The notes below the pieces were generated by a model, which searched no databases, had not been told where the DNA came from, and saw only the letters and a program-made list of their open reading frames with translations. Both the position numbers and the translations under genes were made by a program. From contig OZ243972.1 in NCBI GenBank assembly GCA_965214705.1, positions 544,001 through 608,000 of the forward strand: a DNA stretch of 64,000 bases. The letters run 5' to 3'. This document shows, in pieces, positions 29,729-39,576 of the stretch. The DNA comes from Alphaproteobacteria bacterium (GTDB lineage: Bacteria; Pseudomonadota; Alphaproteobacteria; UBA828). Position 1 is the first letter of the stretch. Every line of letters begins with the position of its first letter.

Positions 29729-31866
29729 GGGGTGAGCGTCCGGGAAACCCGAAACCCGACGAGGTCGCCGCGGACCTCGGTGGAAGCCTCGTTGCGGCCA
29801 GCTGAGCGGAGGACCCACGGATTGAGCCAGGAACCGCCGCGAAGAACGCGCTTCTCGCAATCACCTCCCGACACCCAAGCGCTTCCAGCGGTGGGCGCGC
29901 CCGCGTAGCTATCGTGCCAGCAATCCTCAACCCACTCCCACACGTTGCCGAGCATGTCCGACAGTCCAAACCCGTTCTCGCCGTAGCTGCCGACTCGCGC
30001 CGCATGGATCGAACCATCCCGACACGGTGCAGGCTCAGGCTCCCAATCGTAGTCAAATTCCGCCTTGGCCGTACGGTCATAGCCGTTGGCGTGATCGCAT
30101 TGCGCCCCAACGTCGTCGCCCCAATAGCGAGAAGTGCGCGTCCCCGCCCGTGCCGCATACTCCCACTCCGCCTCCGACAGGAGGCGATAGCGCTCCCCGG
30201 TCTTCCGCGACAGCCAGCGCACATACGCCTTCGCATCATCCCAGCTCACGTTGATCACGGGACGCCGCCCCCGGCCCCAGCCTTGGTCATCCGGCCGATA
30301 GCCGTTGCAACCGCCCGCCGCCACGCACGCATCCCACTCCGCAAACGTCACCTCGTACTTGCCCACCGCGAACGGCGCCGGGATCGTCACCCTGTGCTGG
30401 GGGCCTTCGTCATCATCCCGCCCTTCCTCTGACGACGGCGAGCCCATCATGAACGAGCCCGCCGGCACCACCACCATCTCGGGGCACTCAGGGCAATCGC
30501 GGAATACCCGGCCCGGACGCATTGCCGCCTGCTTGCGCGACTCTTCCTCTCCTGCGGCCAGCAGCAGCTTGGCCGTCTCCGCGTCGAGATAGCCGGTCTC
30601 GTTACCGCCTTGGGACGATTGCCAACCGCCAATGGACGCGCGCGTGCGTTGCCCGAATAGCCCGTCCGCCGGACCGGGATCGAATCCCAGCGCAGCCAGC
30701 CCCTTCTGAATCTGCCGCCGCTCGTCGCGCTCCAGCCCCAGAGACGTCTCCACCATTTCGGGCGCGGGCGGCGCCGGCTCGGGCGATACCACCCGTTCCG
30801 GCTCGTCATGGGTCACCGCCACCTGAACGTCTGGCTTCTCATCTGGCGAGACAGTCAGCCGAGCGAGCCTGTTTCGCGCCAGAGCCTCGTAGGTGCCGCC
30901 GGGGAACTGCTCCAGATAGGCCCCGAAGTCGGCCGCGTGCGTGCTGTCCTTCACCGACTCCCAGAACACCCGTTCAGCGGCAAGTTCTTCCGCTGTCAGA
31001 CGCCGGTCGTTGCCAGGGACCACTGGCTCCGGCTTGGTATCCTCGGGGTCTGGTTTGACGATTGTCTCGGGTTCTTGCGGCTCGGGCAGCGCCGCCAGAT
31101 ACGCCCCCTCGCTCGAAAGGGAGCCGTAGACGAATGGCTCCTGACGCCCGCCCGTCGCCGCGAGCACCGCGTCCCGCACCTTTCGGAACATCAGGCCTAC
31201 CTCCAGCCCCGGCTCCTCCAGATGCTTCAGCAATGCCGAGGTGTAGGGGCTGTTGCGGCCATCGCCGTCCGCCGCGACCGTCCCCTCCTTCGCCGCATAC
31301 GCCACCAGCGTCTCGCCCGAGGGCTCCACGCTCGCCAGACCCCGCCCGATCGAGCGCGTCGCGCCCGAGCGCTGCATCGCCACCGCGAAGGGGTTGTCGC
31401 GACACGCATCGAGGATGATCAGACGAAGGCCCTTGGCCCGCTCCACGGCGCGGGAGAGCAGGTCGAGCGGCACAGTCTCGAACTCCACGTCGGCGTCGCT
31501 CAACAGGCGCGCGTCCACGGGGATCAGGAAGTTGCGCTTGTCCACCTCGATTCCGTGGCCGGCGTAGAACACCACCGCCATTTCCGAGGCCGAGGCCGCG
31601 AGGCTGAATTTCTGGAGACCGTCCCACAGCTCCGCCCGGCTCGCGTTCGGGAGCTTCGTGACCGCGAAGCCGAGGCGGTCTAGCGCCGCACCGATGTCGG
31701 TTGCGTCGTTGAGGGGGTTGGCCAGCGACGACGCATGGGCATACGACGCATTGCCGATCACCAGCGCCACGCGCTGGCCTGCCACGGCAGGGTTCACTAG
31801 GAGTGATAACGACGCGACGACCATCGTCATCATTGCTACTGATCTGAACACCTGCAACATCAGCAT
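29725..31866 (-). CDS. Secreted caspase + peptidoglycan-binding + FGE-sulfatase (CLec fold) protein
   Basis: Signal peptide, His/Cys dyad, DPGPADGLFG.RTR, F.MGS, EAEWEYAARAG, GNVWEW, RGGSW and GFRV motifs. Confidence 0.9.
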   Translation of the reverse strand: MLMLQVFRSVAMMTMVVASLSLLVNPAVAGQRVALVIGNASYAHASSLANPLNDATDIGAALDRLGFAVTKLPNASRAELWDGLQKFSLAASASEMAVVFYAGHGIEVDKRNFLIPVDARLLSDADVEFETVPLDLLSRAVERAKGLRLIILDACRDNPFAVAMQRSGATRSIGRGLASVEPSGETLVAYAAKEGTVAADGDGRNSPYTSALLKHLEEPGLEVGLMFRKVRDAVLAATGGRQEPFVYGSLSSEGAYLAALPEPQEPETIVKPDPEDTKPEPVVPGNDRRLTAEELAAERVFWESVKDSTHAADFGAYLEQFPGGTYEALARNRLARLTVSPDEKPDVQVAVTHDEPERVVSPEPAPPAPEMVETSLGLERDERRQIQKGLAALGFDPGPADGLFGQRTRASIGGWQSSQGGNETGYLDAETAKLLLAAGEEESRKQAAMRPGRVFRDCPECPEMVVVPAGSFMMGSPSSEEGRDDDEGPQHRVTIPAPFAVGKYEVTFAEWDACVAAGGCNGYRPDDQGWGRGRRPVINVSWDDAKAYVRWLSRKTGERYRLLSEAEWEYAARAGTRTSRYWGDDVGAQCDHANGYDRTAKAEFDYDWEPEPAPCRDGSIHAARVGSYGENGFGLSDMLGNVWEWVEDCWHDSYAGAPTAGSAWVSGGDCEKRVLRGGSWLNPWVLRSAGRNEASTEVRGDLVGFRVSRTLTP

Positions 31867-32031
31867 TCCCTATATCAAGGCAGCCTCAAGGCAATAAATC
31901 GCCTCCCTTCCCGCCAGTAGTGGTGCAGTCATGCCACGGGAGCTCCACGGGGGCGTTCGTCCCTCGAATCATCGCGCGATCGGGGGTCCGCAATGGGATG
32001 TGTCCGAGCCAGACGAAGAACGTCGCTCTCA

Positions 32032-33753
32032 TTAAAAGCCGCAGTCCTCTTTCGTTGTCGCGATCCATGCTCGCCCAACGCCCGACTTCGAAAAACAGCC
32101 GTCGGTCCAGTTACCCTCGTACCGGTCGCCAGACGCAGTCGCGTATACACCGGAGCCGTGCGGCCTGCCGTTGCGGTATTCGCCTTCGTAGCGGTCACCG
32201 TCGGGCCAAACGTAGGTCCCGTGTCCGTACTTCTTGCCATTGCGGAAACTGCCTTCGGACACATGCACTCCACTAGGCGTTCGCCAAACCGCGCGTCCTT
32301 GACCGGATGCCTTTCCGTTGACGCAGGCGCCGGACCACGTGACGACCTCATCTCCGGTCACGCCGGAGGAGTCCCATAGCTGACACGGCTGGTTCTCGGC
32401 GATAATCCAGTCGGGGCCGAACGGCTCGAGTGCCGCCTCCCCCGCTGCTAGCAGAGTCCTGGCGGCGTCGGTGTCAAGGTAGCCGGTTGCTACCATCCCT
32501 CGTGTTGACACCTGCCATCGGCTGATCGCTTCCCTTGTGCGTTGGCCAAACAATCCATCAGACGGGCCGGGGTCGAATCCCAGAACGGTGAGACCCTGTT
32601 GAATTAGTCGACGTTCTTCTCGATTCAGCCTCAGCCCAGCTTCAATGAAATCCGGCGTGGGAGCCAAGGGCTCCGGCGACACTTCCTGCTTAGGCTCTTC
32701 GGGCGTGACCGCCACCTGGACCGAAGGCTCTTCGTCTTGTGAATTGGTAGTGAGTCGCGCAAGCCGGTTCCGCGCGAGGGCTTCGTACGTCCCGCCGGGG
32801 AACTGCCTCAGATAGGCCTCGAAGTCGGCCGCATGTTCGCTGTCGTTGATCGATTCCCAGAACAGCAGTTCCTTCTCCGCCGAGATGCGCCGATCCACGA
32901 CTTGGTCCGGGTCCGGCGCCTTTGGTTCCTGGCCGCCTTGCACCTTCACCGTCTCGGGTTCGGGCGTTGGCTCCGGCTCAGGCCTCGCGGTCAGATAAGC
33001 TCCCTCGCTTGAGAGCGAGCCGTAGACGAAGGGCTCCTGACGGCCGCCCGTCGTAGCCAGCACCGCATCACGCACCTTGCGGAACATCAAGCCCACCTCG
33101 AGGCCCGGCTCCTCCAGATGCTTCAGCAATGCCGAGGTGTAGGGGCTGTTGCGGCCCTCGCCGTCGGCCGCGACCGTGCCCTCCTTCGCCGCATAGGCCA
33201 CCAGCGTCTCGCCCGAGGGCTCGACCCTCCCCAGCCCCCGCCCGATCGAGCGCGTCGCGCCCGAGCGCTGCATCGCCACTGCGAAGGGATTGTCGCGGCA
33301 GGCATCAAGGATGATCAGGCGCAGGCCCTTCGCCCGCTCCACCGCCCGCGAGAGCAGATCGAGCGGCACCGCTTCGAACTCCACGTCGGCGTCGCTCTGC
33401 AGGCGCGCGTCGACGGGGATCAGGAAGTTGCGCTTGTCCACCTCGATGCCGTGGCCCGCGTAGAACACCACCGCCATCTCGGAGGCCGATGCCGCGAGAC
33501 TGAACTTCTGGAGTCCGTCCCACAGCTCCGCCCGGCTCGCGTTCGGGAGCTGCGTGACGGCGAAGCCGAGGCGCTCCAGGGAGGCGCCGATGTCGTTTGC
33601 GTCGTTGAGGGGGTTCGCCAGGCTCGGCGCGTGGGCATAGGACGCATTCCCGATCACCAGCGCCACGCGCTGACCGGCCAAGGCCGGGGCCGCGAGAAGG
33701 TGCAGGCCGAGCAGCGCTGCACCTGCCAACAACACGGCACTTCTGAGTGACAT
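32032..33753 (-). CDS. Secreted caspase + peptidoglycan-binding + MORN-repeat protein
   Basis: Near-identical caspase N-terminus; YEGEYRNGRPHGSG MORN repeats. Confidence 0.88.
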   Translation of the reverse strand: MSLRSAVLLAGAALLGLHLLAAPALAGQRVALVIGNASYAHAPSLANPLNDANDIGASLERLGFAVTQLPNASRAELWDGLQKFSLAASASEMAVVFYAGHGIEVDKRNFLIPVDARLQSDADVEFEAVPLDLLSRAVERAKGLRLIILDACRDNPFAVAMQRSGATRSIGRGLGRVEPSGETLVAYAAKEGTVAADGEGRNSPYTSALLKHLEEPGLEVGLMFRKVRDAVLATTGGRQEPFVYGSLSSEGAYLTARPEPEPTPEPETVKVQGGQEPKAPDPDQVVDRRISAEKELLFWESINDSEHAADFEAYLRQFPGGTYEALARNRLARLTTNSQDEEPSVQVAVTPEEPKQEVSPEPLAPTPDFIEAGLRLNREERRLIQQGLTVLGFDPGPSDGLFGQRTREAISRWQVSTRGMVATGYLDTDAARTLLAAGEAALEPFGPDWIIAENQPCQLWDSSGVTGDEVVTWSGACVNGKASGQGRAVWRTPSGVHVSEGSFRNGKKYGHGTYVWPDGDRYEGEYRNGRPHGSGVYATASGDRYEGNWTDGCFSKSGVGRAWIATTKEDCGF

Positions 33754-34090
33754 CTCCCGCCTCCCCTCTTATTGCGGAGGCTTCACGGCCTTGCCTGTCC
33801 GGCGTCGCCTCCGGATTTGGGCGTCAGGGAGTCAGTGCGCCCTGCCCGTGACGCGTTGGCGGTCACAACTGCCGCCGCTCTCACCAATTTTATACATATT
33901 ATAATTGACTATATACGAATTTCAGATTTGACTAGTCGACGTGGCGTCGACGTCTTGGGGCGCCTTGCCGAACAAATGTAACGGCGAAGGGGCGGCGTCG
34001 AACGCACGTTAGCCACCGGGCTACTGCTTGCGCTGCTGCACAAGGCGCCCGGCCGGCGGGCGCAGCCACAGGCCGGGAGGCAAGGTGGCG

Positions 34091-35656
34091 ATGTCGAGAA
34101 TGGCAGCACCGGGACTGGTCCTGGCCCTCTCGGCGGCGCTCGCCGTGTCGAGTCTGTCGCGGAGTGCGCCGGCTGAGGAGGCGTACGACCCGGAAGACAC
34201 CGTCTACGCGACCGGTGCGGTCTTCGAGACCGAAGACGAGCTTGCGGACGTGCCGCGCACGCCGCTCTTTCGCGCGTACCTTCCGCCGTCCGTCGATCTC
34301 AGTGGACGCTTCCCGCCGGCGGGCGATCAGGGCGAGCAAGGCTCATGCGTAGGCTGGGCGGTCGGCTACGCGGCGCGCTCCTACTATAACAGCCCTGCAG
34401 GGGGAGGGGGACGCCTCTCCGCACACGAGATCCCGAGCCCAGCCTACATCTACGATGCGATCAGGGATCCTGGAGACACATGCGACGACGGATCGCGCAT
34501 CACCGCTGCCCTTGAGCTTCTGAAGACGGGCGCCCTAGCCTTCGCCGAATACCCCTACGACGAGAACCGTTGCCGGCGGCCGAGCGGCGGGATGCGTGCG
34601 CGCGCCTCGAAATTCAGGATCGCGGACTGGCAGGTGGTCGACACCGATCGCCTCGATCAGGTGAAGGGCGAGCTCGCCGGTAGGCATCCGGTGGTGATTG
34701 GCATGCGGCCCAACCGTGATTTTCATCGCTTGAGAGGCCGCAAGGTCTGGCGAGCGGGCTGGCCGAAAGCAGACGACGAAGGGGGCCATGCGGTTACCGT
34801 CGTCGGCTACTCGGAGCGGGGCCAGTACTTCACGGTCATGAACTCGTGGGGGCGACGGTGGGGCGAGCGCGGCTTCGGCCGCATCTCCTATGACACGTTT
34901 GGGAAGCGGGTGAAGTACGGCTTCTCGATGCGGCTTACCGAGCCCGAGCCGGTGCCCGAACCGCCTCGTCCCGAGCCGCCCGAACCGAAGCCCGAGCCTC
35001 CGATACCCGTTGTCCCCGAGCTGGTCCTTCCGGAGATCGGATGCGGACGCATCGCCATCGAGAAACGCGGCGAGGAGCAGGTCGTCGTGGGCTTCGTCGG
35101 CACCGCTGAGGATCTGGCGAAAATCCGGAAGGCGGCTACGGAGGCGAAGGCGCGTGCGGAAGTTGCCCTTCGCCCCTGGCCTCAGTGCGAGGCCCTCATG
35201 ACCATCGAGAAGCCCCTGGCGCAACCGAGCACGCCGTCCATCTCGCTGCCCAAGTCGTCGTACCGGGACGACGAGACGCTCGCGTTCGAGGTGGCGATGG
35301 CGGACTTCCAGGGCTACCTGCACGTGGCCTACATCCAGGCGGACGGTAACGTGGTCAATCTGGTGGACTCCGATGCCTCGACGCTCTCCACGCTACCGCC
35401 GCAGAAGCAGCTCACGTTCGGCGACGGACTGGAGGGGCGGGCCAAGTTCACCGTCTCCGCCCCCTTCGGCAACGAGATGATCGTGGCCCTGGCCTCGAAG
35501 AGCCCGCTCTTCGCAGACGGCCGCCCGCTGGTGGAGACCGAGCGCGAGTTCCTGACGGCGCTGCGCAAGGCCATCATCGCCCGGCCCGATCCCACGCAGC
35601 CGGAGCGGGTCGTGAGCGCGAGCTTCGTGACCCTGGAGACGACGTCGGGAGACTAG
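34091..35656 (+). CDS. Secreted C1 (papain-like) cysteine peptidase with C-terminal DUF4384-like domain
   Basis: DQG.QGSC.GWA, GHAV.VVGY and NSWG..WG motifs; Pro/Glu linker. Confidence 0.85.
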   Translation: MSRMAAPGLVLALSAALAVSSLSRSAPAEEAYDPEDTVYATGAVFETEDELADVPRTPLFRAYLPPSVDLSGRFPPAGDQGEQGSCVGWAVGYAARSYYNSPAGGGGRLSAHEIPSPAYIYDAIRDPGDTCDDGSRITAALELLKTGALAFAEYPYDENRCRRPSGGMRARASKFRIADWQVVDTDRLDQVKGELAGRHPVVIGMRPNRDFHRLRGRKVWRAGWPKADDEGGHAVTVVGYSERGQYFTVMNSWGRRWGERGFGRISYDTFGKRVKYGFSMRLTEPEPVPEPPRPEPPEPKPEPPIPVVPELVLPEIGCGRIAIEKRGEEQVVVGFVGTAEDLAKIRKAATEAKARAEVALRPWPQCEALMTIEKPLAQPSTPSISLPKSSYRDDETLAFEVAMADFQGYLHVAYIQADGNVVNLVDSDASTLSTLPPQKQLTFGDGLEGRAKFTVSAPFGNEMIVALASKSPLFADGRPLVETEREFLTALRKAIIARPDPTQPERVVSASFVTLETTSGD

Positions 35657-35660
35657 CGCC

Positions 35661-36218
35661 ATGAAGACATCCGGCATTGCCCTCGTTCTGGCGGCGGCAA
35701 TCGCCGCGCCCGCAATCCTCGTGACCGGCGCTGCTGCGCAGACGACGCTGACGGAGCAGGACATCATCGACGCACTGCAGAAGCACGGCGATGAGTCCGA
35801 CAAGTTTACCAATGTGCGCAGCCTTTCCGGCGACCGAGGCGTGACCGTCACCGGCGGCGAAAAGACCGTTCCCTCGATCGACCTGAAGGTGAATTTCGCG
35901 TTCGATTCCGCTCAACTAAACAACGAATCCCTGCTGACGCTCGACGTGCTGGGCCGGGCGCTCTCCAGCGAGGAGCTCAAGGGGCAGGCCATCGAGATCG
36001 TCGGCCATACGGATGCGAAGGGCACGCTGGAGTACAACGACGCACTGTCGCAACGCCGGGCCGCCGCCGTCGTGACCTACATCGTCCGGAACTTCACGCT
36101 GGACCCCGCCCTCCTCTCGTCGAAGGGCATGGGCGAACGCCAGCTTATGAACAAGGACAACCCGGAAGCCGCGATCAACAGACGGGTCGAGATTCGGAAC
36201 GTGACCCAGACGCCGTAG
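35661..36218 (+). CDS. OmpA-family peptidoglycan-binding protein
   Basis: F.FDSA, VGHTD..G..YN..LS.RRA and NRRVEI motifs. Confidence 0.9.
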   Translation: MKTSGIALVLAAAIAAPAILVTGAAAQTTLTEQDIIDALQKHGDESDKFTNVRSLSGDRGVTVTGGEKTVPSIDLKVNFAFDSAQLNNESLLTLDVLGRALSSEELKGQAIEIVGHTDAKGTLEYNDALSQRRAAAVVTYIVRNFTLDPALLSSKGMGERQLMNKDNPEAAINRRVEIRNVTQTP

Positions 36219-36415
36219 ATTTGGTCCCAGATCCTTTGTTGCAAGGGGGCGCTGTCCTCCTCTGTCCGTTCCTGCCGCCGGCTCACGTATGCGCTTTACT
36301 CGACGCGCACCCTCCGGCACGACGCCCGAGATCCCAAGGCCGCCTGTATCTCGCACACAGCCGCGTTGATGCGTTCCCCGTTTGTGGTACGTTGGGACGC
36401 AAGAGGAGAGAGCCC

Positions 36416-36673
36416 ATGGCCAAGACAGAAATGATCCGCGCCCGCGTCGAACCCGCGCTCAAGCACGAGGCGGAAGCAGTGTTCTCCCGGCTCGGGCTCT
36501 CGGCGACCGAGGCGATCACGTTGTTCTACAAGCAGGTGACGCTGCAACACGGCCTGCCCTTCGCCGTGAAGCTCCCCAACGCGGAGACCCGCGAGGCGCT
36601 GACGCAGGCCCATGAGAACGAAAACCTGACCGAATACGACGATGTGGAGGACCTGAAGGCAGCGCACAGGTGA
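36416..36673 (+). CDS. dinJ: RelB/DinJ antitoxin
   Basis: IRARVE..LK.EA..VF..LGLS..AI.LF..Q......GLPF...PN.ET. Confidence 0.88.
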   Translation: MAKTEMIRARVEPALKHEAEAVFSRLGLSATEAITLFYKQVTLQHGLPFAVKLPNAETREALTQAHENENLTEYDDVEDLKAAHR

Positions 36674-36676
36674 GCG

Positions 36677-37211
36677 ATGCGGCTGCTGACGACGAGGCGC
36701 TTCGAACGAGACCTCAGGCGATCGAAGAAGCGGGGCAAGAACCTCGACAAGCTGTGGACCGTCGTCGACCTGCTCTTGCAGGAACAGCCGCTCGATCCTC
36801 GTCACCGGGTCCATCGCCTGTCGGGCGGGTGGTCCGGCTCCTGGGACTGCCACATCGAGGCCGACTGGCTGCAAGCCCGCATTTCTCACCACGGTCACGG
36901 CCTGCGTCACGTCCAGGCGTTCGATCCGCAAGGAGCGGACCGAAAAGCGTAGCGGTGCCTACGGTTGAGGTCCGCGACGACGCGGGCGGGCGCTTGGGCG
37001 CGACCCGAAGGGCGGCGCTCTCCGGCTCGCAGGCCGCGTCAAGACGCTGGCCCGATGTCCCCGCATCGCGCTGCGCGCCTTTCCTCACCTGCGGGCCGGA
37101 CAGCGCCGCGCAGACCATGACCGTGGTAAGAATTGCGGGCTAATCTGGCACCGCCGTGACGATGCGCTGGTGCTGGTGAGAACCGGCACCCATTCCGACC
37201 TGTTCGGCTGA
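36677..37211 (+). pseudogene. yafQ: YafQ toxin split by a 266-bp palindromic element
   Basis: N-part ..DCHIEADWL; C-part LIWHRRDDALVLVRTGTHSDLFG* at 37141-37211; 88 aa when rejoined. Confidence 0.88.
36875..37140. mobile_element. Non-autonomous MITE / RPE-like palindromic element
   Basis: ~32-bp imperfect TIRs GCCCGCA(T/A)TTCT(C/T)ACCACGGTCA..; flanks AA and TA; no transposase. Confidence 0.82.
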
Positions 37212-37441
37212 CCGGCCCCGTCCGCGCGCGATACGTTCCGGGCGCCGGCGGTGCGCCCCGCCCCACCCCGCAAACCTCCCGAATTCCCGGCGCCGGGCCG
37301 GCGAACTCCCCGGAATACCCGCCTCAGCACGGGGTCGGCGGCTTCCGTCCCGGTCCGTGCCGCCGCATCCTGCCCTGTGTTCGGGCGGGGCGAGTCGCGC
37401 CCCGACACGGCGCAAGCACCGTTCATGAAGGAGCCCTCGCA

Positions 37442-38326
37442 ATGCCGGCTGACGATCTGACCCTCGCGCTCCGCATCCGCGCCGACGCACAGCAGGCGGT
37501 GGACGCGCTGCGCGACGTGAACGCGCGCCTCGACGCCACCCAGGGGAGCGGCCGCCGCGCCGGGCGCTCACTCGGCGAGCTGAGGCAGGCCGCGCGCAGT
37601 GCCGGCGACGCGCACGAGGAACTGGGCGCACGCACCGAGGCCGTCTACGCCGCCATGGTCGAGAGCGCACGCGAGGCGGCGCAGGAGCAGGCGAAGGCCG
37701 GCGAGAGCTGGACCGAGAGCATGCGTGCAGGCCTGGAGCGGCTGCGCCGGGATGCCGGGGAGAGCGCCCACGAGACGCGCGCTGCAACCGTCGGCGCCTT
37801 CCGCGCCATGGAAGACGCCATCGCCGCGTTCGCGACCACGGGCAGGCTCTCGTTCGCCGGCTTCGTCGATTCCGTCATCGCCGATCTGGCCCGGCTCGCG
37901 GTGCGCCGCACGATTACCGCGCCGCTCGCCGATATCCTCACCGGTGCTCTGTCCGGCGTCACGGCCGATGGCGCGGGCGGCAGGCGCACGCTTCCACCGG
38001 CGCTCTTCGACGGCGCGCCGCGCTACCACTCTGGCGGTGTTGCCGGCCTCCGGCCGGACGGCGGCATCGCCGGGCTGCCGCCGGAGGAGGTGCCGGTAAT
38101 CCTGCAGCGCGGCGAAGGGGTCTTCACGCCGGCGCAGATGCGCGCGCTGGGCACGCCCAACGTCACGGTGCAGATCGAGAACCGGGGCACGCCGCAGCGC
38201 GTGGTGAGCCGCGCGGTGCGCTTCGATCCGCGCGACCTGGTGGTCACCATCGTGACCGAGGATCTGATGCGCGGCGGGCCGATCCGCCAGACCCTCGCCC
38301 GGGAGGTGCTGGGCGGGGTCGGATGA
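37442..38326 (+). CDS. Short lambda-type tail tape-measure-like protein
   Basis: LRIRAD N-terminus; AF..MEDA...FA.TG.LSF..FV.SVIADL and APRYHSGG...EVP.ILQRGE C-terminal motifs; only 294 aa. Confidence 0.75.
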   Translation: MPADDLTLALRIRADAQQAVDALRDVNARLDATQGSGRRAGRSLGELRQAARSAGDAHEELGARTEAVYAAMVESAREAAQEQAKAGESWTESMRAGLERLRRDAGESAHETRAATVGAFRAMEDAIAAFATTGRLSFAGFVDSVIADLARLAVRRTITAPLADILTGALSGVTADGAGGRRTLPPALFDGAPRYHSGGVAGLRPDGGIAGLPPEEVPVILQRGEGVFTPAQMRALGTPNVTVQIENRGTPQRVVSRAVRFDPRDLVVTIVTEDLMRGGPIRQTLAREVLGGVG

Positions 38327-38387
38327 CGGGCGGTCGTGCGCGCCCGCACGGGTGCCAGACCGGGCTCGTTACAACCGAGGAGTCGAC

Positions 38388-38958
38388 GATGCAGATGAAT
38401 GTGGGGCTTCACCGGCTCGCCGAGAGGCTTGAGAGCACGCGCGGCTTCTCCGACGAGAAGCAGGCGCTGCGCGACGAATGGGCCGCCGAGACCGAGGGCG
38501 CGGTGCTGCCGGCGCTGGATGCGCTCACCGGCTCGCTCGCGACGCTCGCGCGCGAGCTGGACGCGGCCGAGGCGGCCGCAGGCGCGCTCGAACGCCTCGC
38601 GGCGGCGGTGGACGCGCTGGGCGATGCGCCGGAGAGCGCGGGCTACGTCGCGCCCTACAACGCCGCGCTTCAAGCCCTGGAGCGGCGGCTCGCCGACGAC
38701 GGGCCGGTGGTCGACGCCGTCAACGCCGTGATCGGGCGGGTCGAGCCCGCCGGGGCGGAGGCGGAGGCCGAGATCGAACGGCGCTATCGCGAGGCGGCGG
38801 AGCAAGCGGCCGCGCGCAAGGAGGCCGAAGAGCGCCGGGAAGCGGAGGAACGGAAGCGTAATGCCCTGGCCGAGGCTGATGCCGCGCTGGCGGTGCTGGC
38901 CGGGTCGATCCCCGAGGTCGAGGCCGCGCGTGCGGCGGAACTCGCGCAGGCCGCATAA
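38388..38958 (+). CDS. Hypothetical coiled-coil protein
   Basis: GAGGAG RBS before the ATG; Ala/Glu-rich helical sequence. Confidence 0.6.
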
Positions 38959-38961
38959 GCG

Positions 38962-39546
38962 ATGACGGAGACCGTCTGCCTGGTCATGCCCGCCGCAGAG
39001 CTGGCCGCGCCTGCGCCGCCGCGCGCGGGCAACCCTTCAGGCGCGCGGGACGCAGCGGCATCGCTCGCCGCGGCGGAAGCCCGCCTCCGTGAGGTCGAAG
39101 TCCGCGCCCGTGCGCGGGTGGATACGCGGGCAGCCGCGTCCAACGAGGCGATCGTGGCGCACGCGCGCGCGTTGATGGCGGAGGCCGGCGGCGCGTTGAC
39201 CGCGATCGAGGCCGTGGACCGGGCGCGGGCGGAGTCGGCAACTCTGGGATCGAGCGACAGAGTCAGGCGCGGGCAAGAGGCGATGGAGCGCCGCCACGCG
39301 CAGTGGGATCGCGTCGCCGAGGTGATCGAAGACACCGCCGATGCGTTGGAGCGCCGACTCATGAGCCACGCCCGCGAGCTGATCGCGGATGCGCGGCGCG
39401 TGATCGCCAGCGACCCGTTCGAGGCCCGAGAGCTCGCGATTCGCGCACGGGAGGCGATGGAAGCAATCAGCCCGTTGCACGGCAAGACGCCGGACCACGG
39501 GCCGGCCCGGCGCATCCTGGAGGGCGCGGGTCGCCGGCCGGCCTGA
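38962..39546 (+). CDS. Hypothetical helical protein
   Basis: Tightly spaced ORF in the same operon with GC3-biased codons. Confidence 0.55.
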   Translation: MTETVCLVMPAAELAAPAPPRAGNPSGARDAAASLAAAEARLREVEVRARARVDTRAAASNEAIVAHARALMAEAGGALTAIEAVDRARAESATLGSSDRVRRGQEAMERRHAQWDRVAEVIEDTADALERRLMSHARELIADARRVIASDPFEARELAIRAREAMEAISPLHGKTPDHGPARRILEGAGRRPA

Positions 39547-39576
39547 CGCCCGCGAGCTGCGGTGCGATCGGGTGAC

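Noticed and set aside
33970-33984. GAACAAATGTAACGG as a second LexA box
   Set aside because: The second half-site does not fit GAAC-N7-GAAC
37261-37320. CCC-rich stretch as a third phased array
   Set aside because: Spacing is irregular and could be chance in GC-rich DNA
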